A stretch of 64,000 nucleotides of DNA, from assembly GCA_035646535.1 (NCBI GenBank), contig DASRPD010000051.1:12189-76188 (forward strand). Direction: 5' to 3'. A program made the position numbers and the translations under genes. The DNA is from Acidimicrobiia bacterium (GTDB taxonomy: Bacteria; Actinomycetota; Acidimicrobiia; IMCC26256; JANYLB01). Shown one piece after another: positions 46,639 through 55,111 of the stretch. The stretch's first letter is position 1, and each line of letters begins with the position of its first letter. Below the pieces are notes generated by a model that did no database searches, was not told where the DNA came from, and saw only the letters and a program-made list of their open reading frames with translations.

Positions 46639-47175
46639 ATGGCTTTCCATCATGTTGCCTTCGCAACGCGTGACTTGGCTGCAACCCACGCGTTCTACAC
46701 CGAGGCGATGGGCTTCGAGCTGGTCAAGGTCGAGGCGATCGCAACGCCCGGCGCGGGTTGGGCACGCCACGCGTTCTACGACACGGGCGACGGGATGCTG
46801 GCCGTGTGGGACCTGCACGACGACGCTGAGGTCCCCGATGCATTTGACCCGGCGATCAGCACGGGCCTCGGACTCCCGGCCTACGTGAATCACCTCGCGT
46901 TTCGCGCCGACGATCGTGACGGCCTCGACGCGGCGCGTGACCGCTAGCTCGCCTTGGGCCACGACGTCCTCGAAATCGATCACGGTTGGTGTACCTCGGT
47001 CTATGCGACGGACCCGAACGGGATCCTCGTCGAGTGGTGCACCACCACGCGGGCCCTGACCGCTGACGATCGGGCCGAGGCGCAGCGTCTCCTGAGTGCC
47101 GATCACCCGGACATCGACCACAAGCCGCCCCACGCGATCGCCTACGAGGCCGAGCCCGCGGCCACGCGGGCGTAG
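46639..47175 (+). pseudogene. VOC-family protein interrupted by an in-frame TAG at 46945-46947
   Basis: ORF 46405..46947 (real start ATG 46639: MAFHHVAFATRDLAATHAFYTEAMGFELV...) and ORF 46954..47175 (...GHDVLEIDHGWCTSVYATDPNGILVEWC...) are in the same frame. Only the codons TAG-CTC-GCC separate them: RDR*LALGHDV. Confidence 0.7.
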
Positions 47176-47210
47176 ACCTCGCCGCCCTCACCCCCCGAAC
47201 GTCTCCAGCA

Positions 47211-47250
47211 GCTCGAGTCGGCTCGAGTCTGCTCGAGTCTGCTCGAGTCG
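47211..47250. repeat. Four tandem copies of a 10-bp unit, GCTCGAGTC(G/T)
   Basis: Read directly: GCTCGAGTCG GCTCGAGTCT GCTCGAGTCT GCTCGAGTCG. Each unit contains the palindrome CTCGAG. The array lies 62 nt upstream of ATG 47312. Confidence 0.95.
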
Positions 47251-47311
47251 GTGCACGAACCTGCGGCTAGCGACCGTAAGCGCACCAACGCTGGGGCTCT
47301 AGGGTTCGGGC

Positions 47312-48526
47312 ATGGATTTTGCCATCAGCCCACGAGCCGAGGATCTGCGAGCTCAGCTCCAGGCATTCATCGACGAGCGCGTGGCGCCGGCCGCGCCGGT
47401 GTACATCGAACAGGTCCGGGAATCGGGTGATCCCCACTTCCATCCTCCCGTCATGGAGGAGCTCAAGTCCGAGGCTCGGGCGCGTGGTCTCTGGAACCTG
47501 TTCCTGCCCAACCCGAAGTGGGGTGCCGGGCTGACCAACCTCGACTACGCGCCGTTGTGCGAGCTGATGGGCCGCAATCTTCTCGCGGCCGAGGCGACCA
47601 ACTGCGCGGCGCCCGACACCGGCAACATGGAATTGTTGGCCGAGTACGGGACCGCCGAGCAACAGGAGCAGTTCCTGATCCCGTTGCTCGAGGGTGAGAT
47701 CCGGTCGTGCTTCGCGATGACCGAACCGTGGGTCGCCAGCTCCGATGCCACGAACATCCAGTCGACCATCGTGCGTGACGGCGACGACTACATCGTCAAC
47801 GCGCACAAGTGGTGGACGAGCGGCGCGGCGTCGAGCCGCTGCACGGTCGCCATCGTCATGGTCGTGTCCAGCCCCGACGCGGACCCGTACCACCGCCATT
47901 CGATGATCCTCGTGCCGCTCGACGCACCGGGAGCGAGCATCGTTCGCACCCTTCCCGTGTTCGGCCACGATGCCGGTGGTGGACACTGCGAGACCCTCTT
48001 CGAGAACGTCCGCGTCCCGGTCGGCAACGTCCTGGGCGGTGAAGGCAACGGCTTCGCGATGGCCCAAGCCCGGCTCGGCCCCGGACGGATCCACCACTGC
48101 ATGCGAGCGGTCGGACTCGCCGAGCGCGCGCTCGAGCTCATGTGCCGGCGCGCGTGGGACCGCGCGCCGTTCGGCAAGCCCCTCGCCGAACAGGGTGTGG
48201 TACAGGATCAGATCGCCGAGAGCCGCATGGAGATCGAACAGGCCCGCCTGCTGACGATGAAGGCCGCCTGGCTGATGGACACCGTTGGCAACAAGGGCGC
48301 ACGTTTCGAGATCAGCGCGATCAAGGTCATCGCGGCCCGGACCGCGACGACGGTCATCGACCGCGCCATCCAGGTGTTCGGGGGCGCCGGCGTCTCGGAC
48401 GACTGGCCGCTCGCCGACATGTACACCCATGCGCGAACGCTGCACCTGGTCGACGGGCCCGACGAAGTGCACAAGATGCAGATTGCGCGACGCGAGCTGC
48501 GCAAGCACCAGCCATCGTCACCGTGA
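47312..48526 (+). CDS. Acyl-CoA dehydrogenase (ACAD10/11 / FadE-like)
   Basis: ORF 47312..48526. Blocks: CFAMTEP.VASSDATN, KWWTSGA, GGEGNGF..AQ.RLGPGRIHHCMR, IQVFGGAGVS.D.PLA, DGPDEVH. Confidence 0.9.
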   Translation: MDFAISPRAEDLRAQLQAFIDERVAPAAPVYIEQVRESGDPHFHPPVMEELKSEARARGLWNLFLPNPKWGAGLTNLDYAPLCELMGRNLLAAEATNCAAPDTGNMELLAEYGTAEQQEQFLIPLLEGEIRSCFAMTEPWVASSDATNIQSTIVRDGDDYIVNAHKWWTSGAASSRCTVAIVMVVSSPDADPYHRHSMILVPLDAPGASIVRTLPVFGHDAGGGHCETLFENVRVPVGNVLGGEGNGFAMAQARLGPGRIHHCMRAVGLAERALELMCRRAWDRAPFGKPLAEQGVVQDQIAESRMEIEQARLLTMKAAWLMDTVGNKGARFEISAIKVIAARTATTVIDRAIQVFGGAGVSDDWPLADMYTHARTLHLVDGPDEVHKMQIARRELRKHQPSSP

Positions 48527-48547
48527 GCACGTCGTGTCAGTGACCTC

Positions 48548-49444
48548 GTGAAGACCAGGATCGGTTACGGCCTCGGCGCGCTCGCGGGGCTCGGCGACGC
48601 CTCGGCGTTCGCCGCACTCGTCGACGGTCTCGAGCACCATGGTTTCGACTCCCTCTGGCTGTCGGAGCGGGTCACCGGGCCGGCACCCGATCCGATCATC
48701 GGCCTCGCGGTTGCCGCGGGTCGGACCCGGCGTCTCAAGTTCGGCACGAGCGTGCAGGTCCTCCCCGGTCGCAACCCGGTCTTGGTGGCCAAGCAGCTCG
48801 CGAGCCTGGACGTGCTGTCCGGTGGGCGGCTGCTCCCCGCATTCGGTCTCGGCGTTGCCAGCGGGGCCGAACAACAGGCCTTCGGCGTCGAGCGGGCCGA
48901 GCGCGCCCCGTGGTTCGACGAAGCCCTGCCGTTGATCCGGAGGATCTGGACCGAAGAGTCCGTCGACCATGACGGCCCGAGGTTCCACTACGAAGGGCTC
49001 CGCGTTCTCCCCAAGCCCGTGCGGCAACCATTCGACGTGTGGCTCGGCGGCAAGGCGCCGGGCGAGCTTCGCCGCGTCGGCCGGCTCGGCGACGGCTGGC
49101 TCGCGAGCTTCGCGACACCGGCCGACTGCGTGGCCGCACGCCCCGTCATCGAGGCGGCGGCAGACGCCGCCGGGCGCGCCATCGACCCCGAGCACTACGG
49201 AGCCATGATCTTCTACTCCCGCACCGGCGTTCCCGACACGGTCATGGAAGCACTGCGCGCCCGCAACCCCAACGCGTCGCCGCAGGAGCTGGTCATCGAC
49301 GACATCGCTGCGCTCGGCCCGCGCATCGAGGCCTACGTCGATGTCGGGTTCTCGAAGTTCGTCCTCGTGCCGTTCGGTTCACCGGCTGACTGGGACACCG
49401 AGCTCGGTGAGGTGGCCGAGGCCGTGCTCAGCCTGCAGACCTGA
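48548..49444 (+). CDS. LLM-class F420-dependent oxidoreductase
   Basis: ORF 48548..49444 (GTG start). Blocks: GFDSLWLSER, FGTSVQVLPGRNPVLVAKQLASLDVLSGGRL, WLGG, LGDGWL. Confidence 0.8.
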   Translation: MKTRIGYGLGALAGLGDASAFAALVDGLEHHGFDSLWLSERVTGPAPDPIIGLAVAAGRTRRLKFGTSVQVLPGRNPVLVAKQLASLDVLSGGRLLPAFGLGVASGAEQQAFGVERAERAPWFDEALPLIRRIWTEESVDHDGPRFHYEGLRVLPKPVRQPFDVWLGGKAPGELRRVGRLGDGWLASFATPADCVAARPVIEAAADAAGRAIDPEHYGAMIFYSRTGVPDTVMEALRARNPNASPQELVIDDIAALGPRIEAYVDVGFSKFVLVPFGSPADWDTELGEVAEAVLSLQT

Positions 49445-49514
49445 CCAGAGGCCCGGTCAGCCACCGAGCCGGTGGTCACACGAACGTCCGGCGGCGCAGC
49501 CGCCGACGCGCGCC

Positions 49515-51170
49515 CTAGCTGAGTGCTTCCACGTCGAGGTCGCCGGCGGCGTGTCGGGCGCGCAACACCTTCTTGTCGAACTTACCGACGCTCGTCTTGG
49601 GGACCTCGTCGATGAACACCCAGTATTCCGGCACCTGCCAGCGCGCGAGCTGCCCCGCAAGAAAGTCCCGGAGCTCGGTCGCGTCGACATCAATGCCCTC
49701 GCTGATCACGACACACGCGAGCGGACGTTCGCTCCACCGCTCGTCCGGAATCCCGACGACGCTGGCCTCGGCGACGGCCGGGTGACCGACGAGCAGGTTC
49801 TCGAGCTCGACGGACGAGATCCACTCCCCGCCCGACTTGATGACGTCCTTGGCACGATCGGTGATCTGCACGAACCCGTTCGGTTCGACCGAGCCGACGT
49901 CACCCGTCCGCAACCAGCCGTCGTCGAACTTCTCGGGGGACGGGTCGCGGTAGTACGAGGCGGTGATCCACGGCCCGCGAACCTCGATCTCACCGACGAC
50001 TTCGCCGTCCCACGCGATCTCGCCACCGTCGTCGCCGACGATCCGCAGCTCCACACCACCGATGATGCGACCGGTCTTGGCCCGCCAGTCGACGTCGGCG
50101 ACCGAACCTTCCTCGACGCCGCGGGGCGGATGGGCCAGCGCGGCCAAGGGGCTGGTCTCGGTCATGCCCCAGCCCTGCACGATCCGCACACCGAGCGCGT
50201 CGAACTGCTCGATGAGCGAACGCGGGACGGCCGAGCCGCCGCACACGACGCTGCGGAACGAGGAGAGGTCGGTGTCATGTTCGCGCGCGTAGCGGAGCAG
50301 GTCCGACCAGATCGTGGGGACGGCGCCGGCGACCGTCGGTCGTTCGGTCTCGATCAGTCGGGCGAGCGGCTCGGCCTGCAGGAACCTGTCCGGCATCGCG
50401 AGACCGGCGCCGGAGAACCACGCTGCGTAGGCGAGGCCCCAAGCATTGGCGTGGAACATGGGCACGATCGGGAGCACCCGGTCGTGCTCGGTGAGGCCGA
50501 CAGCGTTGGCGGCGTTGACTCCCATGGTGTGCAGGACGGTCGAGCGATGTGAGTAGACGACGCCCTTGGGGTTGCCGGTCGTGCCGCTCGTGTAGCACAT
50601 CGCCGCGGCGGCGCGTTCGTCCACCTCGGGCCAGGCGAAGCCGTCGCGCTCAGCCGCGAGGAGCGCGTCGTAGCGCAGCACCTCCGCGGCGTTGCCGGCC
50701 TGGGCGGCCGCCTGCTCGAGCGCCGACGCGTCGCCATCACCGATGACGACGTAGCGCTCGACCGTCTTGAGCTCGGCGGCGACGTTGGCGAGCAGCGGAA
50801 CCAACGAGTCGTCGACGAGCACCACCCGGTCCTCCGCGTGGTTGACGACGTAGACGAGCTGTTCGGGGAAGAGCCGGATGTTCAGCGTGTGGAGCACGGC
50901 GCCCATCGCGGGGATCGCCAGGTACGCCTCGAGGTGCTCCTGGTTGTTCCAACAGAACGTACCCACCCGGTCGCCTTCACCGACGCCGAGGCGTACGAGC
51001 GCGGCCGCGAGCTGCTCGGCCCGCTCCGCCACTGCGGTGAACGTGGCTCGGCGCGACCCGGCTTCGATGCCTTGGAACGTGGCAACCTCGCTATCGCCGT
51101 ACACGGTGCGACCGTGACGGAGGATCATCCCGATGGTGAGCGGGAAGTCCTGCATCGTCGAATCGAGCAT
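49515..51170 (-). CDS. Long-chain/steroid-type fatty-acid-CoA ligase (FadD family)
   Basis: ORF 49515..51242; start taken at ATG 51170 ([20 protein letters not shown]). Blocks: [51 protein letters not shown]. Confidence 0.9.
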   Translation of the reverse strand: MLDSTMQDFPLTIGMILRHGRTVYGDSEVATFQGIEAGSRRATFTAVAERAEQLAAALVRLGVGEGDRVGTFCWNNQEHLEAYLAIPAMGAVLHTLNIRLFPEQLVYVVNHAEDRVVLVDDSLVPLLANVAAELKTVERYVVIGDGDASALEQAAAQAGNAAEVLRYDALLAAERDGFAWPEVDERAAAAMCYTSGTTGNPKGVVYSHRSTVLHTMGVNAANAVGLTEHDRVLPIVPMFHANAWGLAYAAWFSGAGLAMPDRFLQAEPLARLIETERPTVAGAVPTIWSDLLRYAREHDTDLSSFRSVVCGGSAVPRSLIEQFDALGVRIVQGWGMTETSPLAALAHPPRGVEEGSVADVDWRAKTGRIIGGVELRIVGDDGGEIAWDGEVVGEIEVRGPWITASYYRDPSPEKFDDGWLRTGDVGSVEPNGFVQITDRAKDVIKSGGEWISSVELENLLVGHPAVAEASVVGIPDERWSERPLACVVISEGIDVDATELRDFLAGQLARWQVPEYWVFIDEVPKTSVGKFDKKVLRARHAAGDLDVEALS

Positions 51171-51410
51171 CGGTTTCCCCCCGGAGGCAAGACGGCTGAC
51201 GACGGGATCGTATCGCTCGCGCCTCATCGCCGTGCAGGGCATGCCCCGCTCGATCGCGGCTTGTGCGTGGCGCGGGTGCGGCTTGTTTGAGGTGATCGAA
51301 CATCGGGGCTTGGGGACCCCGCAGGGTCAGCCACAGCCCCGTCACCGAGGTTTGATGCATCCGTCACGTCTGGCGTCACGAAGGGATCAAACGTCGGAAC
51401 GGGGAACGGT

Positions 51411-52661
51411 TCAGAAGAGACGCGGCCCCGGTGAGAACTCGACCGGAAGGTGCTTGATGCCACCGATGAAGTTCGAGCGCAGCCGCTGCGGTTCACCGGC
51501 TTGGCGCATGTCGGGCATCCGCTCGAGGATCTCGCTGAACATGTGCCGGATCTCCGAACGGGCCAGGTTCGCGCCGAGGCAGTAGTGCGGGCCGCGTCCA
51601 CCAAACGCGATGTGCTCGTTGGGCTGACGGTCGACGCGAAACGCCATCGGGTCCTCGAAGTGCTTCTCATCGCGATTGGCGCTCGGGTACCACATCAGGA
51701 TCTTGTCGCCCTCGGCGATCGACTGGTCGCCGAGTTGTAGGTCACGCGTCGCGGTACGGCGGAAGTGCAGCACCGGACTCCCCACCCGCAGCATCTCCTC
51801 GACCCCGGATCCCAGCAGCGATCGGTCGGCAAGCAGCTTGCGGTGCTCGTCGGGGAACTGGAAGAGGTGGTGCATCCCGTGGGCGATGAGATTGCGAGTC
51901 GTCTCGTTCCCGGCCACCGAGAGCAACATGAAGAACGTGTTGAGCTCGAGGTCGTCGAGGCGGTCGCCGTCGACCTCGGCGTTGATGAGCGCCGTGAGGA
52001 TGTCGTCGCGCGGTGACCTGCGGCGCTCCTCGCACAACGCTTGGCAGTAGGCGTACAGCTCGACCTGGGCCTCTCCGGCCGCGTCGGGGCTGATCTGGAA
52101 CTCGGGGTCGTCGCTGCCGATCATCCGGTTCGACCAGTCGAACACGAGGTGACGGTCCTCCTGGGGGACACCGATGATCTCGGCGATCACCTGCAGCGGC
52201 AGCTCGGCCGCGAGGTCGACGACGAAGTCGGCCTCGCCCTTCTCGATCATCTCGTCGACGATGCTGTGCGTGCATCGCTGGATGAACTCGTCGAGGTCAC
52301 GGATGTGCTTCGGTGTGAACGCACGGCTCACCAGCAGCCGGTAGCGCGTGTGCTGGGGCGGGTCCATGTTGAGCATGAGCAGACGGAGGCTCGCCAGCAT
52401 CTCCTCATCGGGATCCATCATGAAGACCCCGCCACGTCCGCTGGAGAAGGCCTGCGCATCGCGGTTCACCGCCACGACGTCGTCGTAGGTGGTCACCGAC
52501 CAGTACGGATCCTCGGTCGGATGCTCGGTCCAGTGCACCGGGTCGTGGGCACGCCAGTACGCGAACGTCTCGTGAGGGATGCCCCCGACGAACGCGTCGG
52601 GATCGTTCAGGTCGGCGAGCTGGGACTCGTCGATCTGTGTGGTCGGGGTAGTCGTCGCCAT
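51411..52661 (-). CDS. Cytochrome P450, CYP125-like family
   Basis: ORF 51411..52661. I-helix SVAGNETTR, EEMLR, heme loop FGGRGPHYCLGANLAR. The C-terminus QRLRSNFIGGIKHLPVEF resembles, from memory, the steroid C26-monooxygenase CYP125 tail. Confidence 0.85.
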   Translation of the reverse strand: MATTTPTTQIDESQLADLNDPDAFVGGIPHETFAYWRAHDPVHWTEHPTEDPYWSVTTYDDVVAVNRDAQAFSSGRGGVFMMDPDEEMLASLRLLMLNMDPPQHTRYRLLVSRAFTPKHIRDLDEFIQRCTHSIVDEMIEKGEADFVVDLAAELPLQVIAEIIGVPQEDRHLVFDWSNRMIGSDDPEFQISPDAAGEAQVELYAYCQALCEERRRSPRDDILTALINAEVDGDRLDDLELNTFFMLLSVAGNETTRNLIAHGMHHLFQFPDEHRKLLADRSLLGSGVEEMLRVGSPVLHFRRTATRDLQLGDQSIAEGDKILMWYPSANRDEKHFEDPMAFRVDRQPNEHIAFGGRGPHYCLGANLARSEIRHMFSEILERMPDMRQAGEPQRLRSNFIGGIKHLPVEFSPGPRLF

Positions 52662-52694
52662 GGATCAGGACCTCCGGGAGCGTCTCCGTCGCGA

Positions 52695-52716
52695 GAACCC
52701 AGTATAGAATGGGTTC
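52695..52716. promoter_or_regulatory. Inverted repeat GAACCCA-N8-TGGGTTC enclosing a -10-like TAGAAT; candidate TetR operator/promoter
   Basis: Read directly in the 57-bp divergent gap between the P450 (start 52661) and the TetR gene (ATG 52719). TAGAAT at 52705-52710 lies 8 nt before the ATG and there is no SD, so the TetR transcript may be leaderless. Confidence 0.5.
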
Positions 52717-52718
52717 CC

Positions 52719-53312
52719 ATGTCTACGCATTCAGTCGTCGTCCACCGCGTCCTGTCGGCCGAGCAGGCCGAGCGCCGTGACCGGGTGATCCAGGCCGCGA
52801 TGGAGCTCGCGGACGCCGGTGGCTACGACGCGGTGGTCATGAAGACGGTGGCCGAGCGCTCGGGTGTGGCCCTCGCCACGCTCTACCGGTGGTTCGCGTC
52901 CAAGGACCACCTGCTCACCGAAGTGCTCCTGGCCTGGGGCTCGGACCTGTCGGCCGACCTCGCGGACGCCCCGCTGATTGCCTCCGACCCAGTCGCTCGG
53001 GTCAGCGGGGCGCTGCGGCAGATCATGGTCACCGCAGCCTCCCGACCCCGCCTCGCAGAAGCCATCGTCGCCGCGGTGCTCACAGTGGAACCGGCGGTGT
53101 TCGAGGCCCAGAACGACTTCCACACGATGGTCGTCGCCTGGATCGACATCGCACTCGGCGACGACGACCTCCCGGACCGAGAAGAAGTCGTCGAGGTGCT
53201 CGAGCTGGTGTGCTTCTCGACCATCATCGGCCTCGTCTCCGGCCGAGACACCGCCGAAACCGCGGGCGACAAGCTCGAGACCGCGGCGCGCCTGCTCATC
53301 CGCACCGCCTGA
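52719..53312 (+). CDS. TetR-family transcriptional regulator, KstR-like
   Basis: ATG 52719, in frame with ORF 52041..53312. The HTH region ERRDRVIQAAMELADAGGYDAVVMKTVAERSGVALATLYRWFASKDHLL recalls, from memory, mycobacterial KstR (…GGYEAVQMRAVADRADVAVGTLYRYFPSKVHLL…). Confidence 0.8.
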   Translation: MSTHSVVVHRVLSAEQAERRDRVIQAAMELADAGGYDAVVMKTVAERSGVALATLYRWFASKDHLLTEVLLAWGSDLSADLADAPLIASDPVARVSGALRQIMVTAASRPRLAEAIVAAVLTVEPAVFEAQNDFHTMVVAWIDIALGDDDLPDREEVVEVLELVCFSTIIGLVSGRDTAETAGDKLETAARLLIRTA

Positions 53313-53330
53313 GCCCACATCTTCCACTTC

Positions 53331-53369
53331 GGCGTCGCAGGTCATGGATAATTCATCACCTGCGACGCC
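53331..53369. terminator. Perfect 12-bp-stem hairpin (GGCGTCGCAGGT / ACCTGCGACGCC, 15-nt AT-rich loop) between convergent genes
   Basis: Read directly, 19 nt after the TetR stop. It probably acts as a bidirectional intrinsic terminator. There is no U-tract, as is common in high-GC actinobacteria. Confidence 0.6.
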
Positions 53370-53385
53370 AAACGCGTTGGGGGTG

Positions 53386-53553
53386 CTCAGCCGCCGTCGT
53401 TCATGCGGGTGTCCTGCATCACCATTGGTCGGACACCCACCCTGGGCTCACCCGCTCAGCCGCCGTCGTTCATGCGGGTGTCCTGCATCACCATTGGTCG
53501 GACACCCACCCTGGGCTCACCCGCTCAGCCGCCGTCGTTCATGCGGGTGTCCT
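53386..53553. repeat. Perfect 69-bp tandem repeat, 2.4 copies; the last partial copy is the 3' end of the flavin reductase gene
   Basis: Read directly. Units at 53386-53454 and 53455-53523 are identical. The third copy (53524-53553) is identical for 30 nt and then continues as the gene body. Each unit contains the last 9 codons plus the stop of the minus-strand gene. Confidence 0.95.
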
Positions 53554-54088
53554 CCATTCGCAGGACGGGTGTGGACTCGTCGGTGAGGAAACCGCAGTCG
53601 ACGACCTCGCCGACGAAGAACGTGTGGTTCCCGACGGTCAGCGCGTCCTGCAGGTTGCAGTCAAGGTACGCGACCGCCTGGCTGAGGACGGGCGAACCGG
53701 TCACGTGCTCCTCGTACGAGAAGCCGTTGAGCGTCCGGGACTCGAGATCGACGTCCACGGGTTTGGTGAACTTCCGCACCGTGGCGCGGTCCTCGCGGCC
53801 GATCATGCAGATGCTGAAGCAGCGCCCCGCCTCGATGAGCTCGTGGGTGAGCGCCGTCTGCTCGACGCCCACTCCCACCCACTTCGGATCAAAGCTGAGC
53901 TGGGTCACCCAATTGGTCGTCATGCCGTTGCGGCGCGAGACACCGTCGGTGCTGCCGACGACGTACAGGCCGTACGGCATCTTCCAGAGCACGCGCCGAC
54001 GCAGACGGTCGTATTCCTCCCGAGCCGCTTCGCTCTCGACACCGGGCGGATACGGACCGACCGGTCCTGCGCCTCCGGGCTCGGCCAT
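53525..54088 (-). CDS. Flavin reductase-domain protein (NAD(P)H:flavin oxidoreductase, HpaC-like)
   Basis: ORF 53525..54088. Blocks: YGLYVVGSTDGVSRRNGMTTNWVTQLSFDPKWVGVGV and HTFFVGEVV. Confidence 0.8.
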   Translation of the reverse strand: MAEPGGAGPVGPYPPGVESEAAREEYDRLRRRVLWKMPYGLYVVGSTDGVSRRNGMTTNWVTQLSFDPKWVGVGVEQTALTHELIEAGRCFSICMIGREDRATVRKFTKPVDVDLESRTLNGFSYEEHVTGSPVLSQAVAYLDCNLQDALTVGNHTFFVGEVVDCGFLTDESTPVLRMEDTRMNDGG

Positions 54089-54179
54089 GAGGGCGAACTA
54101 CGCGAGGCCTGACGTCGGGAAGCAAGAAGAGGGCACCAAACGCCCCGCGAGACAACGCCGGGCATGACCCAGCAGCAGG

Positions 54180-54875
54180 TTACGGGCGGCGGAAGGCCGC
54201 GTCGATGATCTCGACCAGCGCGGTGATGGCCAGACCCTCCGGGGCATCGTCGCCGTCGGCCGTCACTGCAGGGTCGACGGACTGGTACGCGGAGATCAGA
54301 CCGGAGAGCAGGCGAGCCAGCACACGCGGATCGCCCGCGCGGAACCGTCTGGCGCGCTGACCGCGCGCGAAGACCTCCGCGTGGAGCTCCATCGCGGCAT
54401 CGAAGTTGGCCGAGAGCTCCGGCACCTCGGAGAAGTCGGCGAGGCCAGGAAGCTCTCGGGCCGACCGCAGGTACAGCTGACCGAAGTGAGCGTGATCACG
54501 GAAGTACTGCACCTCGAAGTCGACCAGGGCGTGGAGCTGGTCGAGCGGATCCTCGGACCCCTCGATCGCGGCACGCATCCCGGGCAGGAACTCCGACCCT
54601 CTGCGAAGGAAGACGTTGACGTAGAGGTCCTCCTTGTTCGTGAAGAACGAGTAGATCGAACCGACGGAGAACTCGGCGAGATCGGCGACCTCCTTCAGCG
54701 TCGTCGCGTGGTAGCCCCGGTCGGCGAACACCGCCTCGGCCGCGTCGAGGAGCTGGGTTCGGCTCAGGTCACGATGTCGGACCCGGCGTTCCGCGCGCCG
54801 GCTCCCGACGTCGGCTCGCGACCTGTCGCGCGCCGACTTCGCTCGCACCGAGACCTCTCCGGTGGGCCTCGCCAT
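54180..54875 (-). CDS. TetR-family transcriptional regulator
   Basis: ORF 54180..54875. HTH region LLDAAEAVFADRGYHATTLKEVADLAEFSVGSIYSFFTNKEDL, with a basic N-terminal extension. Confidence 0.85.
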   Translation of the reverse strand: MARPTGEVSVRAKSARDRSRADVGSRRAERRVRHRDLSRTQLLDAAEAVFADRGYHATTLKEVADLAEFSVGSIYSFFTNKEDLYVNVFLRRGSEFLPGMRAAIEGSEDPLDQLHALVDFEVQYFRDHAHFGQLYLRSARELPGLADFSEVPELSANFDAAMELHAEVFARGQRARRFRAGDPRVLARLLSGLISAYQSVDPAVTADGDDAPEGLAITALVEIIDAAFRRP

Positions 54876-55111
54876 GGCGCCGCCTCCCCGCGTCGACCGT
54901 CTCGATGACGCGTTCGCCGAGCCGGTCTCGCCCGAGCCGCCTCGTCGAATCGCCCTTCGACTGATTGAAGCAACATTCTAGATTGGCGAGCCCGAACGGC
55001 GGCGATCACTTCGCGCCGGCGCACCGTACGCGCCGTCATGGCACGTCGCGGCCGCTCGGCGTCGCCGACGCCGGGCTCAAGCAGGGGTCGAGCGGCGACG
55101 ACAAGCCGAGA

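Noticed and set aside
46945-46947. In-frame TAG as pyrrolysine or programmed recoding
   Set aside because: There are no pyl genes or recoding signals in view. The position corresponds to a conserved Trp (TGG), so a simple point mutation or error is far more likely.
53386-53553. Possible CRISPR array
   Set aside because: The 69-bp units are directly abutting with no unique spacers, there are only 2.4 copies, there are no cas genes, and part of the unit is the end of a gene. It is a tandem duplication, not a CRISPR array.
52978-54167. Plus-strand ORFs with perfect 23-aa repeats (MRVSCITIGRTPTLGSPAQPPSF x2; AVVHAGVLHHHWSDTHPGLTRSA x2) as repeat proteins or RiPP precursors
   Set aside because: They exist only because the 69-bp repeat is a multiple of three. 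They run antisense to a well-supported flavin reductase gene and have no start context.
54940-55000. Lower-GC patch (…TGATTGAAGCAACATTCTAGATTGG…) between the second TetR gene and the S8 protease, as an operator
   Set aside because: I could not find a convincing inverted or direct repeat or a KstR-type box in it. It may simply contain the protease promoter.
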